DNA of 64,000 nt from Macrostomum lignano (Eukaryota). The position numbers and the translations under genes were made by a program. Positions 1 through 12,412 of the stretch are shown here, in pieces. The DNA is taken from the NCBI GenBank assembly GCA_002269645.1, contig NIVC01002384.1, forward strand, positions 1 through 64,000, read 5' to 3'. The stretch's first letter is position 1. Each line of letters starts with the position of its first letter. The notes beneath the pieces are model-generated. The model was not told the origin of the DNA, did no database searches, and saw only the letters and a program-made list of their open reading frames with translations.

Positions 1-696
1 ATATGACCCTCCCAAATAATTCAATCGATCACGAGCCTGCTAATTTGGGCCCGATTCATGCGGAGGCGCATGGAATCAAATACAAAGGCTGCTGGTAGAT
101 CCGTTCTATAATTATAGCCTGGCAGAGAAATAAGACGATAATTCGAGTCTCCGAGTCAATCGCAAAATCTGCTTATGGAATTGGATGCTTTATATGTGAA
201 TTACAGGCAGGGAAGCAGAGCTGAGTAGCCTTTGCTTCTGCGATGGCGTTGTCAAAGAAAGCCGGGAAATTCCCAGCCCCAAGCACTCGGTCTTCTGCTG
301 GCTAAATCATCTATTGACTGTCGAAGCGCGGCAGGAAAAGAGTCGACGAACAGTTTCTGGGGACTTCGCAGTCGGAGCCGTCCTGAGCTAATGCAGATTT
401 ACAGCTTTGATGTTGAAAAGTACTGCGTGGGACAGAAGCAGAGAGATAAAAACAAGATTCGGAACAAGAAAAAAGCAACAAGATGAAAAGTAACAATACG
501 CGAATGGCATTAGGGACAAGGATTAGAGGCGTGGGGATTTTGTAGTCAGCGCTGTTCTCTCTTATCTCATACGCTATACGAGGAGGGGAGTGATTTTTGT
601 GTCTCTCGAAATTGACAGGATGACAGGCCGTCACTTCTGCAGTTTGCATTGAAGATGAAGATCGGCTGCGCTTTTGCTTGATCATCTCTGAGCAGC

Positions 697-3075
697 TCAA
701 ATTAGTTGCCGGCGACAGGGTCGGCAAAGCCGGTGCATCAGCTGGTTTAGCCGGGCTCGATAGTCAGAGCTGAGGTAGGGATAGAGGAAGGCTGACAAGG
801 CGGCGTGCGCGTACTGCAGAGTGGTCGCGTACTCAAGCATGTTGCTCAGCCAGCTGCCGTCAGCAGCGGGGCGGCCGTACTGACTTGGCTTGCTCCAGAA
901 GAAGTTTTGCAACATAATTAGAAGCTCTTTGGGCAGCCAGCAAAGGAAGAAGCAAGCAACCAGAATTATTATCGTCCGGAGAGCGCGCCTGTGGGTGCCG
1001 GCGTCCAACGATGGCGGCAGTTGCTGCTGCGTCATTAGCTGCTGCTGCTGCTGCTGCTGCTGCGTCATTAGCTGCTGCTGAGGACCACGAGAACTCGACC
1101 CGCAAAGGGCAGGGTTCCTAAATTAAGCAAGGAGATAAAAGGTTAATTAAGACAACTGCCTGATCGATGGGTTCCAACTCATTTATGTAGTACGATGGTA
1201 AATACTCCGTCTATACTTTGTCTGCCTGGGGACCTGCTCGGGTCACCAAGTGCTCTAGGATAATTACTCAGACAACCAAACTTCATGAACGCGTGGGCTG
1301 CAACTAATTGCTCATGGGGAAGTGAACATGCGCTAAAGAGTACAATTAGTACTTTGCACTTCTGTGCCAGCCAGTCACCTTGTAGACGAAGTTTGAAACT
1401 GTTTTTCCTGACTCGAAGCTGGCATGGCGGAGACGCAAATCTCGACCGCCTCGTCTTCTGGCAAGCCCAGCTCATACGTGACAGCAGCCGTGCGCTGACT
1501 TTCCAGACGGGAAAAATGGCGCAGGATGGCCCGCGCCACGATGCCATAGCTGAGGAAAATGACGGCCAACGGGCAGATGGCCAGGGCAATGAGCAGCGCC
1601 AGTGAAACAATCTGTTTAGCGAATTGTTCTTCCGGCCAGGTCTCAGTGCAGTACTGATAGGGCGTGTCGAAGTACTTTTCAGTCTGGTTGAGCGACAAGT
1701 TCTCGACCCTGTGCAGCCGAATAATCCGCAGCGAGTTAATGAACAGGGCCGGAGCGGACAGCGCCAAGGCCAGAGTCCAGCAGAAGGCTACGCTGGCAGC
1801 GAGAGTGCTGCTGGCAAGGCGGCTGGCACCGGCCTGCACCGCGGCGCTCATCCGGGCTCGAATTATCGCCATGAAGACCAGCGACAGGGTATTCAGCAGT
1901 ATGGCGAATGCTGCCAACGAATCAACAAAGGTTTTTCAGTTTTGATAAGACTTATCTACTCCAATGAAAAATCTGAAAAAGTAGCTAGTCAGGGACCACT
2001 AGAAGTTACGGTTGTATGCATATGAGCATTTAAAGTTTAGCTGTAATGCAAACAAGCGGCCTTCAAACAATTTTGCAATATTTACGAGTGTTGCGTTCTG
2101 ATACAACGGTAACTTCTAGTGGTCCTTGTATCTAGTACGAGGTTTTTAGAGCAAGATATGAATAGCTATAGACTGCCAACTAATACACTGCTTAAGTATC
2201 TTGGCCAGCCCCCCCCCCACTAGACCACTAGACTAACTAATGCCGGGGGCGTGGGGGCGGCGAGCCCCCCCACTAGACCACTAGACTAACTAATGCCAAG
2301 GGCGTGGGGGGCTTTTTCATACATTATATACCACTAGACTAACTAATGCCAGGGGCGTGGGGGCGGCGAGCCCCCCACTAGACCACTAGACTAACTAATG
2401 CCGGGGCGTGGGGCGGCGAGCCCCCACTAGACTAACTAATGCCAGGGGCGTGGGGGGGGCTTTTTAGCTCTTAATTCGGGTGAAACACAGGTCATAGCCA
2501 TTAAACAATAATGGACAATATAAACTATCGTCCCACCTTTGAAGACGACAGCGTCTTCATTCACTAGTACGAGGTTTTAGAGCAAGATATGAATAGCTAT
2601 AGACTACCAACTAATACACTGCTTAAGTATCTTGAGTTGATATCTTTGTAAGTAAGTAAGCATTTTTGGAGGCAGGTTTTATCAAAGAAAAATATATAAA
2701 AGTTAAATTTACTTTAACTAAATCACCAAACCTGGACAAGACTGATAGGGCAACTGGCTCACCGTGAATGAAAGCGGACGCTTTGCATCCAGCGTCACCA
2801 AGCGGATGCCCTTTGCTAATTATCATGGCAATCCGGTCAGGAATGCAGACCAGGCTCACAAACAGGCTCGAGCAGCTCAGGTTGAGCATCAGGCACGAGA
2901 CTCGGCGTCGCAGAGCCCGGTTGCACCCGACGATGCACAGAAATAGCCCATTACCGAGCAGCGAAACCATCAGGATCAACAGCTGGATTGTGACTACAAC
3001 CCACTCGGTTGGCGAGACCTGCTGGAAGTACTGCCGCTCAGATTGCATGACTTCCTCAATCATTGAGTCGGGCAT
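697..3075 (-). CDS. Class A (rhodopsin-like) GPCR of neuropeptide-receptor type, 3 coding exons, about 421 aa; complement(join(697..1117,1379..1910,2763..3075))
   Basis: Seven hydrophobic segments are spread over ORFs 2623-3174, 1375-1917 and 697-1068: TM1 LLGN, ECL1/TM3 GDAGCK, ECL2 YCTETWP, TM5 CPLAVIFLSY, TM6 CWLP. GT-AG junctions are phase-consistent (phase 1 at 2763/1910, phase 2 at 1379/1117) and the total of 1266 nt is divisible by 3. An acceptor (ccctccag) just before the ATG at 3075 implies a further upstream exon. Confidence 0.88.
2205..2462. repeat. GC-rich tandem repeat, about 55-60 bp unit (ccactagactaactaatgccgggggcgtgggggcggcgagccccc), about 4-5 copies, in GPCR intron
   Basis: Unit visibly repeated. 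Confidence 0.8.
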
Positions 3076-6059
3076 GTTCTGGAGGGGAGAAACGTTGCAT
3101 TCGATTGGCGTTAAAAAGCGAGCTTGATAAAGTGCTAGCAATGATTCAAATTTCAAATGTAGGCCAGTTTTCACTGCAAATTATATTACCGAGATAAATT
3201 AATAGAGGTAGTCACTTCTTCCTCCAAGTTAGTTTCTACTTGATTTTTACTGTTAAAAAGTACTCCTAGTGTACTTATAATTTAGCTCTTGACCAAGACA
3301 GAAAACCTTAATTAGGGACAAGAGCGTCAAATTAACTGAATTTTATTGATGGTTGATGGTTTAGTTTAAAGTTTAAAATCGTCACTTTATATTTATGGAA
3401 GTCTGTATGCATGGTCGAGTTCTGAAATCAGTTTGGCGAGACAAGTTTTTTCAACTCGTATTTCTTACTGATAAACTTGTGACACCAACTCGGACCAAAC
3501 GTGTATTTGCCCGTTCGAAAATCTCGTAGGCTATATTTAAGTTGAGTTGAAGGAGGTTGCAGATTGAAGGATGACTTAGTTTTCAGGCAAAAAAATGCTG
3601 ATATTTGTTTACTCAGATAGAAGGGACAACTGTGAAAGGCTAAGAAGTTCTTTGAATAAGAGAGACAGAAAAGGTGAATCGATGGAAAACTACATGAATA
3701 CCATTGCGTGTGGAACTACGCTGAGGATCTGAAAAAAAATTCAGCTAAGATTATTTGCTACATAATGAACACCAGGATGATCGGATATCGGATAGCAAAG
3801 CTGAGTTCCAGGATTCCGAAACGGAAATCGGACATCACATTAAGAGGTTAGAGTCTCTCTGGACGAGATTCAGTCGCCGTCTCCCAACAGATTAAATAGA
3901 AATTTCCTTATCAGCCGGTTTTTAATATCCTAAAAGGGATTTTATCCCCCTCGCTATTTCTTTCAATTCTAAATATAATTCTAAAGTTTTTTCTTCAAGA
4001 TACAACAGAACAGGGAAATGAAAGATAGGGTAACCTACCTATTAAAGGAAATATTGGTCATTTTCATACAACAACAACAGCTTGGTTGAAGGAATATCTC
4101 ACAGCCGTGAGGCGTAAACTACAAAGATGTGGGGCGTCAGCTAGAGAAGTGCAAAGTTTACAAAAAATTGAATAATATATTAGACATACGTCATTATCGC
4201 CGGGACCTTTCTGAACATAGAGTGTGCTAGGACTTCAAGGAACAGAACCATCGTCGGTAATTTAATACCACACCGCCATTGATAACATCATGCAATTGAG
4301 GTACAAAGCTAAAAAAATGATCTCACAAGCCGTGTAATCACGCAAAAATTAGCTTCATGCCATCGTTGTGCCGTTAGGATTAATGTGCCTTATTCTCTCT
4401 TACCAAGAGAATGCAAACCGATAACGTTAAGCTTTCAGATCTACAGTGCCTTGTGATATCCGTCAGTCGTCAAGAGTATTAAAGGCTTACGGCTGAATTT
4501 AGGCCCGTGTGAAAAGGCAATCGTACGTGTACCGCGGCGAAATCTGGTTTTGAATGATGAATTTAGTGCAACTTACGACTCGTATATTGATACGACTTGA
4601 GTAGTAATCCATGTTCACCTTTGTACTCTTGTGTCCTTTATTTTAGTGTTTCCAACAAAACGGCTCGCATCTGCAGCAGTCTCGCATTAGACACAATTTA
4701 TTCGCAGGCAGACTGCAGACTAAGCACTCGTTGAGAGCTTAGCTTCCCAACCAATAGGGAGCGGCCTGTGAGCATATTCGAAACGACTCAGGCGGGGTAA
4801 GACGGGCATGACGATTTCCCCACCACTCGAAAGCCGCTTTCCCACCGATCTAGCGAGATCTCGGGAGAGAGAGTCGTTCAAAGTCTCGCACGTCACGCCC
4901 ACATGACTGATACTGTGCTTTTCCAAGTGCGACCAAAAATACAAGCTGAGGAGTCTGCGAGCTGAGGAGTGCAGGAAAGTCTGGAGCAGATTGAAAGGCT
5001 CTGATAAATACAGTTGTAGATTAGAAGCAAAATTATAGATGGTGAGACATCCGATACGAAGCTCTAGAGAAGTCAATTATCATGCTCAGATTAAAGGCTG
5101 TCTGCTGGGAGAAAGGTCTCTCTCTATAACTGCTATTCATCTGTTGCACTGCAAGTGAGAGCTGAGGTAGATGAATCTGAGCTCCAAATGAGCTCAGGCT
5201 AATTGCCTTTGCCCAAAGCTCAGCCTATGACACTGACATTCCCCTATTTGCTTTTCAGCCCTGTTGTCGGAGCGTCTGCGGGAAAGAGAATCAGAATACA
5301 CAAAGAATGCACGCGAATGTCAAAATGCTTCATTTATTCTCCACCTGTCTTCTCCGATTCTGCGTTATTTTTTCGGCTATTGACGCAGTAGTCGTCTAGG
5401 TAGTTGAGGCTTTCATATCTGATCAGATGACATCAAAACGCAGCCCTCGACTAACGCAGGATGCATAGCAAACTAAGATGGCTTCTCGACAGCGAAATTC
5501 GCTGATTGATTTCATGTATGAATGGGCCAACTAATTTATTACTCGTATTTCCATTTACGCTCTCTCGAATGTACTTATTACTGTTACTAGTAGTTATAAA
5601 GTAATTAGCTATCACAGGTACTTGTCCAGTCCAGTGTACAAGTCCAATCCATTTCGTTTTAGTTCTGCGCAGTTTTGCTCATAAGAATAGAATAGTACAA
5701 ATTTCAAAGCGAGTAGGCGCTCATATACCTGCATATAGAGATTGAGGTTGAGCAATCATGTTAAAAGCTAGAGTTTCACTGCCAGATTGCAGTTGTCGTC
5801 CCCCCTCTTAGAGGGAATTACCATGTAACTCACTCAGTAATCCCCTTGTTAACTATATACATGTATTTTTGCGTCCTATTTAATCCCATAGCAAAATTCA
5901 AATTTTCTTAAAAACCTATTTCTTCTTCAGTTTTATAAATCACCTTATTCGAGTAAAATTGTCATCGACAAAGATGCTTGCTATTAATCTTTTTTTCGAA
6001 AAGTAACAGAAGGTCACAACAAAATAAAGCCTACACAAAGAATACAGCAGGCATTCCTC

Positions 6060-6600
6060 ATAAATAGCAAGAATCCCCCCCGATAGCAAGCACCCCCAGA
6101 TAGCATCTCCTGGTAGAAAGCAGCCCCTCAAATAGCAAGCACCCCCCTCCAGATAGCTAGTATCCCGCTGGTTCCCCCCCCCCCCAAATAGCAAGCACCC
6201 CCTCCCCCAAACCCAGATAGCAAGCATCTCTAGATAGCAAGAGACCCCCAAATTTCAAGCACCCACAAGAGAGCAAGCATCTCCCAGATGGCAAGCATCT
6301 CCCAGATGGCAAGCATCTCCCAGATAGCAAGCATCTCCCAGATGGCAAGCATCTCCCAGATGGCAAGCATCTCCCAGATGGCAAGCATCTCCCAGATGGC
6401 AAGCATCTCCCAGATGGCAAGCATCTCCCAGATGGCAAGCATCCCCAGATGGCAAGCATCTCCCAGATGGCAAGCATCTCCCAGATGGCAAGCATCTCCC
6501 AGATGGCAAGCATCTCCCAGATGGCAAGCATCTCTCAGATGGCAAGCATCTCCCAGATGGCAAGCATCTCCCAGATGGCAAGCATCTCTCAGATAGCAAG
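6060..6600. repeat. 18-bp minisatellite (cccagatggcaagcatct), degenerate on the left and homogeneous on the right
   Basis: Direct reading; overlapping ORFs show 6-aa periodicity. Confidence 0.95.
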
Positions 6601-7662
6601 TAACTAGTGCAATAATCATTTTCTCATCTAGTAGACAACAGAAATGAATTTGGTTTTACTTTAACTGTGAGCAATTTGTGCCACAGCTGGAAGGCATGGC
6701 TAAAGAAAAGAATGGCGCAGAGAGACGCAGAGAGGTGGTTTGGAGTTCAATGTTCGTGAAATACGAAAATTGATAGCGAAAAAAAACCGAATTGCTTGGT
6801 GATTTCAGTTCTTAGTCTATGGTGAATATGGACTGTGCTGGGCTCTTTGCAACAGACAAAAGTGCACACACTCTCAGTTGAGTGGCAATTCGGCCCAACA
6901 GTTCGACCATAGACAAAATTGGTCAGCAATCCGCATGCTGTAACTAAAGCCCAGGGAGACAGGGAGTGTGGGCTCATCGCGACAAAGAACGTCATGATCT
7001 ATACGCAGCACCAACTGTCAGGGGTTAACCGGCAATTTTTGTGGATGGTTGAAGGGAACCCTCAACTGCCGGCTACTCTTCTCCGCCTAAACATGGGTTG
7101 AGAGAAGCAGGTATTCTGAGTGCTCAAACATTTCGACGGGGGATCAGGGAAAATCTGTCACAGAATGTTGCTCAGCTGCGGCAGGCGATAGCAGACGTCG
7201 CCTGGCAAAGACTTCCGCAGAATTGCCTTCATCCTGGGGATGCCTCGGCGAGTGTCTGCCTTACTGACTGCTCGTGGTGAATACAAGCATTATTAAATAT
7301 TAAAATTCCCACTTCACAGTATTCAGTTTCCTGTTGTCATTCGTTTTCCTGAAACTGTCATTCTCAATCCTGTCAATTGAGCGATGTGCATTTTCTAGCA
7401 ATTTGAAAATCATTATTCACATTTTTATGCAGAACAATATATTACGTCAAGCATGGCGAGACTGTAGGGTCAGGGAAACGTATATACAACGCTCGTATTA
7501 CATTATCGAATTCCTATTTACAATAGCTCTTGACCATAAATGTGACTGCAAGCTTTTCTTCAGCAGCGCTGATGCAGAGAAAAGCAGTCATTAGGCCTCT
7601 AAGACCCTAGCTGGCAAATTAGAGGATTTTGTGGTGCCAAATAACGGTTGCTTTAAGGCAGC

Positions 7663-8102
7663 TAGGGGTCGGCAAACTCCGGCCCTCGGGCCACGTGCGG
7701 CCCGCAGAGCCTCTCTATCCGACCCTCGGGTCCTTTGAAACTTCACCATAGCAATTCGACCCGCTCTATGTTTGTGTCTCTTCTCAGCGCTCTTTTCTAG
7801 TCTCCACTTTACTCTCTTTCTCTCTCCTCTCTCGTCTCCATCGTCTCTCCTCACGTCTCCTCTCAATTCTCCTCATCTCCTCATCTTTCTCCTCCTCTCT
7901 ATTTTCTGTCCTCGTCTCCTCTCTCCCCTCTCCTCTTCTCGCCACTTCTCTCTTTTCCTTTATTCTCTCGACTCTCCTTTCTTTTATCTCCCGGCCCCTT
8001 CTCTCAGCTCCTATATTCCCTCTCCTCCCCCCTCCTCCGGCCCGCAGTCATTCTTTAGATTCTCTATCTGGCCCTTCAGGTAAAAAAGTTTGCCGATCCA
8101 TG
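7663..8102. mobile_element. Non-autonomous hAT-like MITE, copy 1, with internal CT-rich tract
   Basis: Terminal inverted repeats taggggtcggcaaact ... agtttgccgatccatg. The subterminal ccggccc..gggccac motif is typical of hAT/Charlie-like MITEs. The interior is homologous to the copy at 22454-23400. A near-matching 8-mer pair lies at 7651 (ctttaagg) and 8103 (ctctaagg). Confidence 0.7.
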
Positions 8103-10084
8103 CTCTAAGGTGACGCCAGCTAAGTGCAAAGGCTAAGTTTCGGCAGATGCTGCTGCACATCCTGATCTGCTTGCTGGAGATCATTATGTTTAGTTGAACC
8201 TTGGGCTTTAGGAGCAATATTGTGTGCTTTCTGAGTTTCCTGATTTCTGTTGATATTAAAAGCTTCGTTATATAATATTATGTGTGCAACGTTACAGCAT
8301 TAAAACGCCTAACTAAATTAAACCAAACAATTCACTCTAAAAGCGTTAAATTGTTGCTCCAACCGTTAAATTAATCGTCATCTATGGCCAAATTTGGTAG
8401 CAGTCAGCTGCGAGCTGCAGCGGCTGTGAGGTTTCTGTAAACTAGCGTTAATTATTTGCTCGCTGCGTAAAGGAGACCGTAAAATGCTACATTAAAAATA
8501 TAATATTAATAAAAAGTATCGACATGCAAACAATCCGAGAGATTTTAAGTGCACAAAATATCGAGTGTTAAAACAAATAAGGCTAGCATACTTGAACGCC
8601 ATGACGTGTTACTGACTTTGGTAGAAGTTGCCTAAAGATTAAAAACAATATAAAAAAATTTAACGAGGCATATTGATGGCTTTTTATGCAGAATGCAGGA
8701 TGTAAACAAAATCAAACATGTTGTTGTTTTTCGATCATGAAAAAGCACTAAAACGTTTTAAAGAAGTACTTTCTGTCTGCTCCAGATTTTTAAACGATTT
8801 TGCTGTTTTACTTGTATTACACATAATATTCACTTTTATTTCTACTTTCTACTTTATGATTAATTCCTCGTCTTTGCGAATTTAATGCTGTGGTCTTTGT
8901 TTAATATTTATTGTCATTTGTCGGTACAATAGCATACAATACAGTCCAGATACTGAGATACAACTAATTCTACTACTAAATGGCTGGCATAATGGCACTA
9001 GTGCCGGCATAATTTCTTTGTATTCTGAAAATGAAAGCATCAATCCTATATTACAAAAGCGATCAGTATGATTTTGTTAAATCATTTTTGATCATTTTTT
9101 TCTGGCTTTGAGACATTCATACTGCTTGTCCCTCATATCATAAGGTCTCTAGCTGGGCAACTATGCATAACTTAGACTCTTAGACCTTTTCAAAAATAAG
9201 GAGGCATGGCAACCACTAGCCTATTCCCCTTTTTTGATAATGATATTGATAATCATTAATTCATAATGAGCATAATCATATTGATAAGCTTTCTTTCTAC
9301 CCAGTGCCGAATCTTTTATTAAAGGCTTAATATAATATAAATTCAATTGTTAACATATACCTCTGCCTCTAACTAACCATTTGGCATTATTTTAATAGGC
9401 CCCTATCAATATTGCTAATTCATAATTATTAATATTATTTATGGCAGTTGTTATTGTTATGGTGATTACCATATATACTATAAATAGTAAGATGGTTATT
9501 TTTATGGTCCAAACACTTAAAACAAAAACCATCTAAAGGAAGTAATAAACTTTCAGTGCTAATACTAGGGTGGTTAAATTTCAAAAATAAAGAAACATAT
9601 TTTAAATAAAATATATTGATATCATACATGCGCAACTTCCAAAATTCAGTTGGCCATGCAACTTAGTTTTAACAAAAATGCGACGTAGTTTTTGGCCAAA
9701 AATGCAACATAGTTTTTGGCCAAAAATGTGACTTACATGTAAAAAAACCCAAACGCAAAATTAACGCAACTTTGGGTAAACAGCAAGAGTAGCTATGACT
9801 GTCTTATTAAGTTAAAATGCCTCATCAGCTACTTAGTACTACTACTTTGGTATTTTTTCAGGTGGGCATTTTTGCAACTTCCTTGGTTGGCTGCCAAATC
9901 GGTCAGCCAGATCGGCGGACTCGGCCGACTGTTGCGCATATATGATTGATATGATAATAACTTCTTATGGTTCTTATCACAATAGCTTACTTTAGGCAAT
10001 TGTTAATTATTACATGGTAATTTAACTGAAAATTCTTCCCATGACTATAAAAATAGCCATTTTGCTTCTTACGTATATGGTAAT

Positions 10085-11048
10085 AGATGCACATCAAAAC
10101 GGCACATGCCAAATGGCCTCATAACAGAATAGCCACACCATCAAAATGGCCACATATCAAAATGGCCACATATAAGATCTAACAAATTTTAAGTTGCATA
10201 TGTGTAAGTTAGTTTAGTTGAGTTGAGTTAGTTGAGTTAGTTTAATGTTAGTTTATTTTGTCATACAATGTGTAAATATATATTTAAAGTTATTTAATTA
10301 AGTCTTACACTAATGTGTGACCAAGTTATTTGAGTTATTAAGTACTTGCTTACAGTCCAATGTTTATAGACTTTGTAAAAAATTGCAGATCAGATTTGAA
10401 ATTCAACTTGATAAGAAACGCATAAGAATTTCAAATAAGTATGCAAACAAATATACATGTATTTAAACAAACATGCATCACAAAGTAAAATTAAAATTCT
10501 GGCTACTCCTTGGAGTAGGCATACAAGCATATAGGCATATAGGCATACAGGCATATACTTACACAGGAGTGTACAGTGGCCCTAACTTCATTTTATCGTT
10601 AGGCACATACACACTTCATTGCACCTTGGGAGTTGGCTCTCAAGGCCATTAATTGCACAAGCAAGCCAAGCTAAGATTCCAATTCAGCCCTAAATTAATG
10701 ACTGCACTTGGAATCGAGCCTGGGTTGCTGGCACACAGAGTAGCTACACCTGGGCTATGGCCTCCCCTCAACTATTACTCTATACACTCAAGAAAAGTAT
10801 ATTTGTCGTGCAGCATTCAAGGTTCACAATTAACACGTTGCCTAAGTTAAAAACTGTGAATATACTTTAAATATATTTGCACATATATAAACATATTTGC
10901 ATATTGTATGACAAAATAAACTAACATTGTGTCACACCTTATAAAAATTTGTTATGTGTGGCCATTTTGATGGTGTGGCCATCTAAATTTGTTATGTGGC
11001 TGTTCTATCATATGGCCATTTTACATGTGGTTGTTTTGACGTGGATTC
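10085..11048. mobile_element. Degenerate foldback/MITE-like element with long imperfect inverted arms and a SINE nested inside
   Basis: The left arm (catcaaaacggcacat..., ccacaccatcaaaatggccaca, ttagtttattttgtcatacaat) is mirrored by the right arm (attgtatgacaaaataaactaa, tgtggccattttgatggtgtgg, atgtggttgttttgacgtg). Confidence 0.55.
10500..10766 (-). mobile_element. tRNA-derived SINE, family A, older CpG-decayed copy
   Basis: Colinear with 14072-14439 over about 250 bp, including the tRNA-like head. Confidence 0.8.
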
Positions 11049-11474
11049 AATATAGTGACCATACAAATAATAGTTTTGCTATATATAGTTATATTAAGTA
11101 AAGACCCTTCTTGGCCTAGATAGTGTCTTATGTGTTAACTATAAAAATAACCATTTTGCTATTTATATAGTCACCATAACAATAACAACTGCCATTATTT
11201 ATAGGCTTAGGCCTTATATATATTTTAAAATGCTAGAAAATTTTGATTAAAATAACTATTGATTTCTTGAACATTTGTTATGCTATAATAATATTTTTTA
11301 TAGTATTTATTATTGTAGACAATTGTTCTTATTATGGTGGCTATAAAAATAACAAAATGGTTTATTATTGTCAATGTATAACTTTCCATAAAACACTATC
11401 TAGGCTTAAGGTTTTGACTTAATGTAGCCATGTAAATAAAGCCAAGTGAAACTGCTTTTGTTATAATCATTGTA

Positions 11475-12412
11475 TGAGGGGTGTCCAAAAAGTAGTGATA
11501 CTTTTAACCGTAGCTCTCATTCTTTAGCTTCCTGTGATTTAAAATTTTATGAACTGATAGTGGCAAATCTCTTCTACAGAGTGTTTTTTTGAATTTTTAA
11601 AATTGATACCAGAGAACAAAAGTTATACCCATGAAAGTACCTGTACTATAGAGTTACACAAATTATAGGCTGAGCTTCACAAGATCCATGCCAAGTAAGC
11701 TTCAATAAATTGTTGATTTTGGCTTATCCAACTTGTCAGTCATCTCTCTAATGGTAATTTGGGAGTCCTTGTCAAGAAGATCCAGAATGGAGTCTGCCAG
11801 TACACCAGGTCAATGAACATATGGCCACCCTATCCAATGCTAATCTGCCAAGTCAGTCCTTCCCTCGCTGAACTGCTCCATCCATCGATAAACTGTCATT
11901 TTGCTGACTGCAGAGAATCCATGCATAGAGCAAAGTTTTTCGTGAACTTCTGAGGCACTATGGCCAGTGCCCCAAAGAGTGAAGATGGTATTTTGCTGAG
12001 CAACAACTGAGTGCATATCCATGTGTGTTGTCGAGCATGGGCAATGAAATCATGAACAAATTGCAAAATGCAAGCTCCTCTGTTTACAAGTAAAGTAATG
12101 AATTTAATGCTTTATTTTTCTGCGTATGATCCCGTCCATAGACAAATTTCAGTCAGTCACAGTGAGCATCATTTTGCAATTGGGCCTTGATATTGCTTAA
12201 ACAAGTCATTTATTGATGCCTTCTTAATGAATAAGTGCAGAAGTCAACAATTATAAATTTTGATATAGTTTGTATAACTCTATGGTACAGTTCCTATTAC
12301 TTTTGTGGGTATAACTTGTTCTTTCGTATCAATTTTAAAAATTCAAAAAGCAGTCTATAGAAGAGATTTGCAGTTATGGTTAAAAGTATCACTACTTTTT
12401 GGACACCCCTTG
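11475..12412 (-). mobile_element. Internally deleted Tc1/mariner element with a remnant N-terminal transposase HTH
   Basis: TA-flanked TIRs of more than 100 bp (TA|tgaggggtgtccaaaaagtagtgatacttttaacc ... ggttaaaagtatcactactttttggacaccccttg|TA). ORF 11840-12022 (SASEVHEKLCSMHGFSAVSKMTVYRWMEQFSEGRTDLAD) matches the mariner paired-like HTH pattern. No catalytic domain is present. Confidence 0.85.

Noticed and set aside
4720-5391. ORFs of 118 and 62 aa upstream of the GPCR
   Set aside because: No recognisable motifs; may be GPCR 5' UTR or promoter sequence, but this could not be supported.
6270-6600. 18-bp array containing CAGATG plus CTCCCA as a second possible PTF1-type array
   Set aside because: The spacer is 8 nt, the TC-box lacks TT, and it is 30 kb beyond the 3' end of Ptf1a. 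It serves as a reminder that E-boxes arise in arrays by chance.
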